The translations under genes were made by a program, and so were the position numbers. From positions 36,598 through 100,597 of the IMG/VR virus record IMGVR_UViG_3300031951_000060: 64,000 bases of DNA, one strand, 5' to 3'. Origin of the DNA: a virus. A model generated the notes under the pieces. That model saw nothing but the letters and a program-made list of their open reading frames with translations, was not told the origin of the DNA and made no database searches. Below are positions 20,494 to 29,463 of the stretch, piece by piece. Position 1 is the first letter of the stretch, and every line of letters starts with the position of its first letter.

Positions 20494-21153
20494 ATGAGCG
20501 TTATTAAGGGACTAAAAAATATCAATGCCCTGCTCGACAAACCAAAAGAAGACTCACCAAAGGTACGTTGGCTAAAATTGGCTGATGGACAGGCAGTAAA
20601 GGTTCGTTTCATTGAAGAGTTGGACGAAGATTCTGCACACTATGAAGAAAAGCGTGGCCTTGCACTAGTTGTCAAGGAACACACAAATCCAAAGGACTAT
20701 AAGCGTAAGGCAGTAGACACCATGGATACTGAAGGCCGTGACTGGGCTGAAGAGATGTATCGAAAAGATCCAAAGGGCAATAGCGGATGGCGTGGTCGTC
20801 TTCGTTTTTATTGTAATGTACTTGTAGATGATGGTATTGAGGACAAGCCTTATGTCGCCATTTGGTCTATGGGTGTAAGCAAGCAATCTGCCTTTAACAC
20901 AATTCGTGAGTATGCTCTTGAAACAGGTAGCATTTCAAATATCACATGGAAGTTAAAGCGTAATGGTCAGGGTACTGAAACATCTTATACTTTGATTCCT
21001 TCGGCTCCAGATAAGGAACCGTTTAACTGGGAAGGCGTTGAGCCGTACCCATTGGAGAAGGCACTACGACGTGTACCATATGCAGAGCAAGAGGCTTTCT
21101 ATCTTGGCTTTGATTCTCCATCTACAACATCAGCGACGAATATCGACTGGTAG
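20494..21153 (+). CDS. Single-stranded DNA-binding protein (gp32-like)
   Basis: WLKLADG..VRF, KLKRNGQGTETSY; strong RBS; next to dnaE. Confidence 0.65.
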   Translation: MSVIKGLKNINALLDKPKEDSPKVRWLKLADGQAVKVRFIEELDEDSAHYEEKRGLALVVKEHTNPKDYKRKAVDTMDTEGRDWAEEMYRKDPKGNSGWRGRLRFYCNVLVDDGIEDKPYVAIWSMGVSKQSAFNTIREYALETGSISNITWKLKRNGQGTETSYTLIPSAPDKEPFNWEGVEPYPLEKALRRVPYAEQEAFYLGFDSPSTTSATNIDW

Positions 21154-21156
21154 TAG

Positions 21157-24100
21157 ATGAATTACGTACCACTACACTTACATACCCACTTTTCACTATT
21201 CGACGGAATTGGGTTGCCGTCTGAATATGTAGATCGTGCTACAAAATTGGGAATGCCTGCAATTGCGATTACAGACCATGGCTCCCTTTCTGGCCACAGA
21301 GAAATGTATCGTGTTGCTAAAGCAAGTGGTATCAAGCCTATTCTTGGCATAGAAGGATATATGTGTGAGAACCGATTTGACCAAAGGGACAAAGAGGACA
21401 GAACAACTCCACTAGATATGGTGTATAACCATATTATCCTTCTAGCCAAGAATAAGGTAGGCTTAGAAAATCTAAACAAGTTAAATGAAATTGCATGGAC
21501 AGAGGGCTACTATAAAAAGCCACGAATTGACTTTGAAGTTTTGTCTAAATATAAAGAAGGAATTATAGTTTCATCTGCATGTCCAAGTGGTATTATTGCT
21601 AAGTCTATAGAACTTGGCGAACTGGGGATGGCAAAAAGATATATTAAGTGGTTTAAGGATGAGTTTAAGGATGACTACTATCTTGAAGTGATGCCACATA
21701 ATCCCGAATCAATAAATAATGTAATTCTTCAGTTAGCAGATGAGTTTGGAGTAAAGCCTATTGTCACTCCAGACTGCCATCATGTTGACTCATCACAAAA
21801 AGAAATTCAAGAACTAAAACTTATTCTTAATACATATTCAAATAAGATTCAGAAAGATGCTACATACGAGAAGTCCAAAAAGCAAGGGGACTTAATGAAG
21901 CGTCTTGATTACCTATATGGCGCAGATAGACAAATGTCATTTAATAAGTTTGATATACACCTTCTGTCATACGAAGAGATTCAGGCTGCTATGGAAAAGC
22001 AAGCAATCTATAGAACTGATATTTATGAAAATACAATCGAACTTGCAAATAAAGTTGAAGACTATGATATTAAGGATGGACTAAACCTCCTTCCAGTTCA
22101 ATATAAGGATCCAGACAAACAACTAAAAGAATTGGCAATATCTGGTTTGGTAGAAAAGGGTCTTGACAAAGATCAGGAATATCTTGATAGACTTGATGAA
22201 GAATTAAAAGTAATTCAAGATAAAAAGTTTGGACCTTACTTCCTTGTCGTGCAGAGTATGATTTCTTGGGCAAAGAAAGAAGGCATTATGGTTGGTCCAG
22301 GTCGTGGATCTTCTGCTGGCTCATTACTTTGCTATGCTCTTGGCATTACCGATATCGATCCCCTCAAGCATGGACTTTTGTTCTTCCGCTTTATTAATCC
22401 AGAACGTAATGACTTTCCAGATATTGATACAGATATTCAAGACTCTCGCCGTGATGAGGTCAAAGATTATCTTGTTAGACAATATAAACATGTTGCTTCG
22501 ATTGCAACATTCTTAGAGTTTAAAGATAAGGGTGTGGTACGAGATGTTGCTCGTGCATTAAATATTCCATTGGCAGATGTAAACAAAGTTTTGAAGTTGG
22601 TAGATACTTGGGATGAGTATTGCACTTCAAAAACTACTGCATGGTTTAGAGAGAAATATCCAGAGGTAGAGCAATATGGCGAACAACTTCGTGGTCGTAT
22701 TAGAGGTACTGGCATACACGCTGCTGGTGTTGTCACTAGTAAAAATCCTATTTTTAGGTACGCACCGATGGAGACACGTAATTCTCCTGGTTCCGATGAG
22801 CGTATTCCTGTTGTGGCAGTGGATATGGAAGAGGCTGAAAAAATCGGGCTTATCAAAATCGACGCACTTGGACTAAAAACCTTAAGTGTAATTAATGATA
22901 CAGTTAATATTATTAAAGAACGAGAAGGAACGGAAATAGATCTTTTAAATATTGACATGTCTGATTCAAAGGTATACCAGATGCTTTCTGAGGGATTCAC
23001 AAAGGGTGTATTTCAGTGTGAAGCAACCCCATATACCAATCTTCTAATAAAGATGGGTGTAAAAAATCTAGCAGAACTTGCTGCTTCAAACGCTCTTGTT
23101 CGTCCAGGTGCAATGAATACTATTGGAAAAGACTATATTGAGCGCAAGCACGGTAGGCAGTCAGTAAATTATTTACATCAAACGATGAAGCCTTTCACAG
23201 AAGAAACATATGGGTGTATCCTATACCAAGAGCAGGTCATGCAGGCCTGCGTTCAACTTGGAGGTATGTCTTGGTCTGAGGCTGATAAGGTTCGCAAGAT
23301 CATTGGTAAAAAGAAAGATGCTAGAGAGTTTGATGCGTTTCGTGATCGTTTCGTTGACGGTGCTTCTAAGTTTATTAGTCCTAATCAGGCTCGTGATTTA
23401 TGGCATGACTTTGAGGCGCATGCGGGTTATTCGTTCAACAAGTCTCATGCGGTTGCTTACTCTACGCTCTCGTATTGGACGGCATGGCTAAAGTATTACT
23501 ATCCACTAGAGTTTATGTACTCTTTACTTAAAAATGAAAAGGACAAAGATGCGAGAACTGAATATCTTATTGAAGCGAAAAGAATGGGTATCAGCGTTAA
23601 ATTACCTCATATTAACGATTCGGATATTGATTTTAAAATTGAGGGTAAGGGTATTCGGTTTGGATTGTCGGGGATCAAGTTTATCTCTGATAAGATTGCA
23701 GAACGATATATATCGGCACGACCTTTTAAGTCTTTCGAGGAAGTTAAAGCCTTTACATTTACGAAAGGTAATGGAGTCAACAGTAGAGCGTTAGAGGCAT
23801 TACGAATAATTGGCGCTGCAACATTTTTAGATAATCCTAGAAATGATAATGAGATTCGTGAAAACCTTTATGAATATTTAGGTTTGCCAGAGTTTACCCA
23901 AACAGTTCCCTCACACTTTCATGCGTTTATTAACCCTGTAGAAGATTTTGAGGAAAAGGGATCTTTTATTTTAATGGGAATGGTAAAGGGGATCAAGCGT
24001 GGCAAAGGTTGGAGTCGTGTAGAAATATTAGATAAGACTGGAAGTATCGGTATTTTTGATGAAGAACAGACCACAATTGAGGCTGGTAGAAGTTATATTC

Positions 24101-24432
24101 TTTTATGTAGTGATAATAGAATTGTTAGCGCTGTTCCAGTTGATGAAATTAAAAAGTCAGACTCGGCATTAGTTAAATTTTTAAATTATAGAATGCTACC
24201 ATACAAGGATGATGAGTTGTTTGTTGTTTCGTTTAGGCCAAGAGTGACGAAGGCAGGGAAAAAGATGGCATCATTAACTTTAGCAGATACATCGAGAGAA
24301 TTGCATCCAGTAACGGTTTTCCCAACGGCTTTTGCAAAGGCTTATATGAAAATTGAGGAAGGCAATGCTTATAAATTTGAATTAGGTAAAACTAAAGACG
24401 GGACAGTAATATTGGAGGACATAAATGTTTGA
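21157..24432 (+). CDS. dnaE: DNA polymerase III alpha subunit
   Basis: PHP HLHTHFS/TDHG, GRGSSAGS, PDIDTD, HAAG, GYSFNKSH. Confidence 0.96.
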   Translation: MNYVPLHLHTHFSLFDGIGLPSEYVDRATKLGMPAIAITDHGSLSGHREMYRVAKASGIKPILGIEGYMCENRFDQRDKEDRTTPLDMVYNHIILLAKNKVGLENLNKLNEIAWTEGYYKKPRIDFEVLSKYKEGIIVSSACPSGIIAKSIELGELGMAKRYIKWFKDEFKDDYYLEVMPHNPESINNVILQLADEFGVKPIVTPDCHHVDSSQKEIQELKLILNTYSNKIQKDATYEKSKKQGDLMKRLDYLYGADRQMSFNKFDIHLLSYEEIQAAMEKQAIYRTDIYENTIELANKVEDYDIKDGLNLLPVQYKDPDKQLKELAISGLVEKGLDKDQEYLDRLDEELKVIQDKKFGPYFLVVQSMISWAKKEGIMVGPGRGSSAGSLLCYALGITDIDPLKHGLLFFRFINPERNDFPDIDTDIQDSRRDEVKDYLVRQYKHVASIATFLEFKDKGVVRDVARALNIPLADVNKVLKLVDTWDEYCTSKTTAWFREKYPEVEQYGEQLRGRIRGTGIHAAGVVTSKNPIFRYAPMETRNSPGSDERIPVVAVDMEEAEKIGLIKIDALGLKTLSVINDTVNIIKEREGTEIDLLNIDMSDSKVYQMLSEGFTKGVFQCEATPYTNLLIKMGVKNLAELAASNALVRPGAMNTIGKDYIERKHGRQSVNYLHQTMKPFTEETYGCILYQEQVMQACVQLGGMSWSEADKVRKIIGKKKDAREFDAFRDRFVDGASKFISPNQARDLWHDFEAHAGYSFNKSHAVAYSTLSYWTAWLKYYYPLEFMYSLLKNEKDKDARTEYLIEAKRMGISVKLPHINDSDIDFKIEGKGIRFGLSGIKFISDKIAERYISARPFKSFEEVKAFTFTKGNGVNSRALEALRIIGAATFLDNPRNDNEIRENLYEYLGLPEFTQTVPSHFHAFINPVEDFEEKGSFILMGMVKGIKRGKGWSRVEILDKTGSIGIFDEEQTTIEAGRSYILLCSDNRIVSAVPVDEIKKSDSALVKFLNYRMLPYKDDELFVVSFRPRVTKAGKKMASLTLADTSRELHPVTVFPTAFAKAYMKIEEGNAYKFELGKTKDGTVILEDINV

Positions 24433-24742
24433 TGATTTAGCAGAACAAATACATAGTACAGCAGTAGAAAAAGGTTTTTGGGATAGAACAGTAGACCCGA
24501 TTTTTATAGCCAAACAAATGATGATGATTGTTTCAGAGGTATCAGAGGCTATGGAAGCCCTTCGTAAAGATATGGATCCCGATCAAATATCAGATGAGTT
24601 TGCAGATATTATTATTCGTACACTTGACTTGTATGCAGGAATTGCAGAGGCAGGGTATGTAAAGAAATCTCTTGATTATGCTATTAAAGAAAAGATGGAA
24701 CGCAATATACATAGACCAAAGAAGCATGGAGTAAGATTCTAA
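24425..24742 (+). CDS. MazG-like NTP pyrophosphohydrolase
   Basis: SEVSEAMEA...DEFADIIIR. Confidence 0.8.
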   Translation: MFDDLAEQIHSTAVEKGFWDRTVDPIFIAKQMMMIVSEVSEAMEALRKDMDPDQISDEFADIIIRTLDLYAGIAEAGYVKKSLDYAIKEKMERNIHRPKKHGVRF

Positions 24743-25755
24743 TGACAGTAACAGTTGAAGAAGTTTTAGCACAACTAAATCCCAAATTAAGAAAAAATAT
24801 ATTGGTTGGAGATGCAATACCAGAAACACAGTTTGCAAAAACTCCAAGTTATGGACTAAATCGTGCACTTGGTGGTGGCCTCCCATACGGAAGACAAGTT
24901 TTAATTTGGGGCAGTAAGTCATCAGCCAAATCCTCTATGTGTCTTCAAATGGTTTCACTTGCACAACAAGAGGGAAAAATCTGTGCATGGATTGATGCAG
25001 AGATGTCATATGATAAAACTTGGGCAGAGAAACTTGGAGTAGACACTTCTAAACTAATAGTGTCTCAAGTTAGAACAATCAATGAGATGGTAGATGTTGG
25101 AGTTCAACTAATGGAGGCTGGTGTAGATATTATTGTGGTTGATAGTATTACATCATTGCTTCCAGCAATTTATTTTGAAAAAGATTCGGATGAATTAAAA
25201 GCATTGGAAAATACAAAACAAATAGGTGCAGAATCTCGTGATTTTAGCAATGCTTGGAAGATGATTAACTATGCAAATAATAAAGTAAAGCCAACTCTAT
25301 TTGTGTTAATTAGCCAATCTCGTAATAATATAAATGCAATGTATACAAGTCAACAGCCAACTGGTGGACAGGCTACAAAATTTTATTCCTCAACAGTTAT
25401 AAAGTTATTCTCATCTGAATCAGATAATCAAGCCCTGAAAGGCAAGATCTACGTTGGAGATAAGGCAATAGAGGAAAAGGTTGGAAGAAAGGTTCGTTGG
25501 GAAGTTCAATTTTCCAAAACCTCTCCTGCTTTTCAATCTGGAGAGTATGATTTTTACTTTAGAGGAAATCATATTGGCGTAGACTTTATTGCTGATCTTG
25601 TAGATACGGCAGAATTAATGGGTATCGTAGAAAGAACTGGAGCCTGGTATCTTTTGCCAGATGGTTCAAAAGTTCAAGGAAGAGAGGGCTTTATCAATAG
25701 AGTACGAGAGGATCTTGATCTACAGGATATGATTAAGAATAAAATAAGTGGCTAA
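24742..25755 (+). CDS. recA: RecA-like recombinase
   Basis: GGGLPYG, IDAE, VVDS, TGG, GAWY, QGRE. Confidence 0.9.
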   Translation: MTVTVEEVLAQLNPKLRKNILVGDAIPETQFAKTPSYGLNRALGGGLPYGRQVLIWGSKSSAKSSMCLQMVSLAQQEGKICAWIDAEMSYDKTWAEKLGVDTSKLIVSQVRTINEMVDVGVQLMEAGVDIIVVDSITSLLPAIYFEKDSDELKALENTKQIGAESRDFSNAWKMINYANNKVKPTLFVLISQSRNNINAMYTSQQPTGGQATKFYSSTVIKLFSSESDNQALKGKIYVGDKAIEEKVGRKVRWEVQFSKTSPAFQSGEYDFYFRGNHIGVDFIADLVDTAELMGIVERTGAWYLLPDGSKVQGREGFINRVREDLDLQDMIKNKISG

Positions 25756-25933
25756 ATACTCTATCTATGAAGGCAAGTTCCCATGTAGAACTTGTCGTGA
25801 AGAAGTTAAAACTATGAGAGTGTATCCCGAAACGGGCAAAGCCTCATGGATGTGTTCTAAAAAACATTTGTCAGAATCACAACTTTATCAAGTAGGATAT
25901 AAAAAGAAAAAGGACTATGAGCGAGAAGAGTGA
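25748..25933 (+). CDS. Small zinc-binding protein
   Basis: CRTC...C..H. Confidence 0.5.
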   Translation: MAKYSIYEGKFPCRTCREEVKTMRVYPETGKASWMCSKKHLSESQLYQVGYKKKKDYEREE

Positions 25934-26207
25934 AAGTAAAAGAATAGGTGCCAAGCAGCATAAGAATTCTGGTAGAAATACTAAGAAAGGTGATGCCACA
26001 TGGAACAACTTCACTGTAGATTTCAAGGAAGTAGGAAAGTCCTTTACCTTGAATCAGGATGTATGGGCTAAGGCTACTACAGATGCAATTAGAAATGGCA
26101 GTGATCCAGCCATAGTTGTTGTAATTGGCGAGGGCAACAAGAAGGTCAGACTTGCTATAATAGAGTTAGAACTACTAGAACAGATGGTGAATAATGGAAC
26201 AAAATAA
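25917..26207 (+). CDS. PD-(D/E)XK nuclease, Holliday junction resolvase-like
   Basis: E...NSG....GD.....DFK. Confidence 0.6.
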   Translation: MSEKSESKRIGAKQHKNSGRNTKKGDATWNNFTVDFKEVGKSFTLNQDVWAKATTDAIRNGSDPAIVVVIGEGNKKVRLAIIELELLEQMVNNGTK

Positions 26208-26499
26208 TACAACGCTTGAGATGGTTAATGGTTTGTCAGAAATAGCAGAATATATGGAGGATGAGGAATTAACCACAGCCCTTACCTTTATTGCTAAAAT
26301 AATTATTAAGCCAGACATACCTATGAATGTTGCAACTGTAGAAATTGTTCGACTTCAGGCAATAGCAGCAAAGATGGCTCTCAAGGCTACCTGGATGGCT
26401 AATGTCGATAAGTCAAACAGAGGAAAGAAAAATCTATACTATACAGCAGCAGAGTCAATTAATAATCTTGTGTCTGCTCTCAAATATATCACTCGATGA
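26194..26499 (+). CDS. Hypothetical protein
   Basis: Helical 101 aa ORF in operon. Confidence 0.55.
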   Translation: MEQNNTTLEMVNGLSEIAEYMEDEELTTALTFIAKIIIKPDIPMNVATVEIVRLQAIAAKMALKATWMANVDKSNRGKKNLYYTAAESINNLVSALKYITR

Positions 26500-26533
26500 T
26501 ATCTGATATAATTGACTTAAACAAAGGATAATA

Positions 26534-27394
26534 ATGGCAAAAAATTTATTGCAACAAGTAATGTTAAAGGGTTCGGATAAAGTTAAGGGCGTCAAAGAAG
26601 ACGAAGGCAATTTTGTAGAAGGATTAATAGAAAAAATAGAATCTGGATACATGACAAAAACTAAACCTAAATTTACCAAGAAGACAAATTTCTCTGCTTC
26701 TGGATTGACATATGGTGCTGGAGAGTGCCCAAGATATTGGTATTTGGCTTTTGATGGTCAAGTTCACTACGACAACTCAGATGCGTATGGGGTAGCAAAT
26801 AGAACAAATGGAACTCTCGGTCATGAAAGAATTCAAGAGGCAATTCAAGCATCTGGAATTCTAGACGAATCGATGGAATTTGATTCTCTCCCAAGAAAAT
26901 ATAATAAGCAAACTCATCCAGCAATGGAATTTAGAGTTAAGTCAGAAGATCCTCCACTAGATGGCTACGGAGATGTAATGCTTAATTATAACGGAGAACG
27001 TCTTGTGGGTGAAATTAAGACTATGCCAAATGAAGGCTTTGAGTATAAAAAGAATAGCCGAAAGCCTAAAATGGCACACTTAATGCAAATTTTAATTTAC
27101 ATGAAGGTTTGGAAAGTTGGTAAAGGTGTAATAATTTATGAAAACAAAAATAATCATGAGTTACTAACTTTACCTGTAGTAGTAAACGATCATTACCGTC
27201 GGTGGGTAGACCAGGCATTTGATTGGATGAGGGCAGTTCATAAATCTTGGAAAAATAGAGAGTTACCGCAAAAGCCGTATCGATCAAACTCTAAGATTTG
27301 TAAGGTGTGTCCAATTCAAAAAGCATGTGCTGAAGCAGAGACAGGGGTAATTAAAATTAAACCTCTGGAGTTGCTAGAAGATGAAAAATTGTAG
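26534..27394 (+). CDS. Cas4-like exonuclease
   Basis: CPRYW, GT..H, D..EIK, QxxxY, C-terminal CKVCPIQKAC Fe-S cysteines. Confidence 0.85.
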   Translation: MAKNLLQQVMLKGSDKVKGVKEDEGNFVEGLIEKIESGYMTKTKPKFTKKTNFSASGLTYGAGECPRYWYLAFDGQVHYDNSDAYGVANRTNGTLGHERIQEAIQASGILDESMEFDSLPRKYNKQTHPAMEFRVKSEDPPLDGYGDVMLNYNGERLVGEIKTMPNEGFEYKKNSRKPKMAHLMQILIYMKVWKVGKGVIIYENKNNHELLTLPVVVNDHYRRWVDQAFDWMRAVHKSWKNRELPQKPYRSNSKICKVCPIQKACAEAETGVIKIKPLELLEDEKL

Positions 27395-27668
27395 ATGGTG
27401 TGATAAAACATTTGAAAGCAATATCTCTTATCAGATCTATTGTTCTGAAGAGTGTAGGGACGCTGCAACAAAAGAAAAAATTGCACAAAGATACATTCAG
27501 ACTAGAAGACAAAAAAGAAAAGGGAAAAAACGTGTTTGCAAGATGTGCGGAGAAAAGTTATCAATTTATAACGATGATGTCTTATGCATTAAATGCAACA
27601 TTAATCCAAATGATGTTAAAAAAGCGCTAAAGGATATAAAGGGTTTATCTAATGATAGAAAAAAGTGA
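27381..27668 (+). CDS. Zinc-finger protein
   Basis: CRWC..YCSEEC and CKMC..CIKC. Confidence 0.6.
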   Translation: MKNCRWCDKTFESNISYQIYCSEECRDAATKEKIAQRYIQTRRQKRKGKKRVCKMCGEKLSIYNDDVLCIKCNINPNDVKKALKDIKGLSNDRKK

Positions 27669-28221
27669 TATTCCAAAAGTTATTTGTTCTATTGATGCTA
27701 GTACAAATAATTTCGCTTTTGCTTTATTTGATACTGAAAAAAAATCTTTAAACGCAATTGGCAAAATTAATTTTGTAGGGTCAGATATTTATGATAAGGT
27801 CATGGATGCTGGGAAAAAATGTAAGGCCTTTTTTGATTTCTATCAAGGGTTTGAGGCAATAATTATTGAGCATACTGTTTTTATGAATAGTCCCAAAACT
27901 GCATCTGATCTTGCCCTGGTTCAGGGAGCAATTTTAGGTGCTGCTGGTCAGTCTGGAACTAAGTTTATAGGCAAAGTATCCCCAATAACATGGCAAAATT
28001 ATCTTGGCAATAAAAGGCTTACAAAAGAAGAGCAGATACAGATTAGGTCTGCCAACCCAGGAAGATCAGATTCTTGGTATAAATCATACGAACGAGAATT
28101 TAGAAAACAAAGAACAATAAGATTGTTGGATGTTATTTATGATAAAAAAATAATAGATAATGATGTTGCGGATGCTTGTGGTATAGGTCACTGGGCAATT
28201 AATAATTGGGAAAAAGCATGA
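27652..28221 (+). CDS. RuvC-like Holliday junction resolvase
   Basis: SIDAS, IIEH, P.TW, DVADA. Confidence 0.8.
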   Translation: MIEKSDIPKVICSIDASTNNFAFALFDTEKKSLNAIGKINFVGSDIYDKVMDAGKKCKAFFDFYQGFEAIIIEHTVFMNSPKTASDLALVQGAILGAAGQSGTKFIGKVSPITWQNYLGNKRLTKEEQIQIRSANPGRSDSWYKSYEREFRKQRTIRLLDVIYDKKIIDNDVADACGIGHWAINNWEKA

Positions 28222-28460
28222 TTGATAAAGAATCTTTGCAGGCAGAAATGATGATTGAGCATTTAATATTACAAAATGCTATAGAAATTGATGGGGTTGA
28301 CTCAGATACTGGAGAAATGATATACTCTATTACTGATAAACTGAAGGAGGTAAACCCACAATTATATAGTGGACTTAAGAAAGACTTTGAGCAACATATG
28401 TTTACTCTTATCGATCAAGGTCCAAAAGTAATGAAGTGGAAACTAAATAATGGCTTCTAA
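28218..28460 (+). CDS. Hypothetical protein (paralog of 45477..45800)
   Basis: IEHLIL...TGEMIY shared with the later ORF. Confidence 0.55.
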   Translation: MIDKESLQAEMMIEHLILQNAIEIDGVDSDTGEMIYSITDKLKEVNPQLYSGLKKDFEQHMFTLIDQGPKVMKWKLNNGF

Positions 28461-28605
28461 ATTTTACACTAACGAAGTATGGCTTAAAAAAAGATATCAT
28501 TTGGATAAAAAGACTCCAGAAGATATTGCAAAAGAATGTGGAGTTACTGTAGAAACTATATATGTTTATTTGGCTAAATTTGGATTAAGGAAATCAAAAA
28601 GATGA
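28450..28605 (+). CDS. Small HTH protein (51 aa, not in ORF track)
   Basis: MASKFYTNEVWLKKRYHLDKKTPEDIAKECGVTVETIYVYLAKFGLRKSKR; ATGA-coupled to next gene. Confidence 0.75.
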   Translation: MASKFYTNEVWLKKRYHLDKKTPEDIAKECGVTVETIYVYLAKFGLRKSKR

Positions 28606-28937
28606 GTTTGCAACCAGTATTTACAGATTCAAAAAATTTTAATTGTGAAGATCTATATCTACTAACAGTTGGCACAGAGGCAGGTAAAGAAATTTGGCAG
28701 ACCTGTCACGAAATTGCACACATGTTAGTCAAGAAGAATATTGCCTATGGGAATTCAGCCCTTGATCCTGTACGTATATTTTCGAAGGCGGGACCAAGAG
28801 AGCAACTACATGTACGCATTGATGATAAATTAAATAGATTAATGAAGGGTACAGAATATCCAGGGGATAATGATATTGATGATTTAATTGGATACTTAGT
28901 ATTATTAAAGATAGCAAAGGCCAAAGATGTCAACTGA
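28602..28937 (+). CDS. DUF1599-like / nucleotide-modification-associated helical protein
   Basis: KKNIAYGNS...RIDDKLNRL...DDLIGYL. Confidence 0.6.
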   Translation: MSLQPVFTDSKNFNCEDLYLLTVGTEAGKEIWQTCHEIAHMLVKKNIAYGNSALDPVRIFSKAGPREQLHVRIDDKLNRLMKGTEYPGDNDIDDLIGYLVLLKIAKAKDVN

Positions 28938-29463
28938 AGAAGATTTAATAAATCATTTAGATCAATTAAACACCGTTGTTGGTGAATACCTAAAGGGTAG
29001 CGATGCAACAAAAATATCTAAAGAGTTATCGATACCACGCAATCGTGTAGTTCAATTAATTAACGAGTGGAAGGTGATGGCCTCTGCTAATGATGCCATT
29101 CGTGCTCGTGCCAAAGAGGCGTTGGCAATTGCCGATACCCACTATAATAAACTTATTGCAAAATCTTACGAAGTTATTGACGAGGCATCTTTAACTAACA
29201 ATTTAGGTGCTAAAACCCAAGCAATCAAATTAGTAATGGATATTGAGTCTAAAAGAATTGACATGCTACAAAAAGCAGGACTATTAGAAAATAAAGAACT
29301 AGCAGAAGAAATGCTACAAATAGAAAAGAAACAAGAAATTCTAATGGGTATATTGCGTGATATAGCCTCAGAATATCCGCAGGTTCGTGATGAGATTATG
29401 CGTAGACTTTCAGAGGTTGCTAAGAAAGATGAAGTGATTACAATTGTCCACGATGTTCAATGA
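28927..29463 (+). CDS. Probable terminase small subunit
   Basis: N-terminal HTH + coiled coil, overlaps terL. Confidence 0.55.
   Translation: MSTEEDLINHLDQLNTVVGEYLKGSDATKISKELSIPRNRVVQLINEWKVMASANDAIRARAKEALAIADTHYNKLIAKSYEVIDEASLTNNLGAKTQAIKLVMDIESKRIDMLQKAGLLENKELAEEMLQIEKKQEILMGILRDIASEYPQVRDEIMRRLSEVAKKDEVITIVHDVQ

Noticed and set aside
26534-27394. Cas4-like gene as part of a CRISPR system
   Set aside because: No repeat-spacer array or other cas genes seen; stand-alone Cas4-like exonucleases are normal in phage recombination modules
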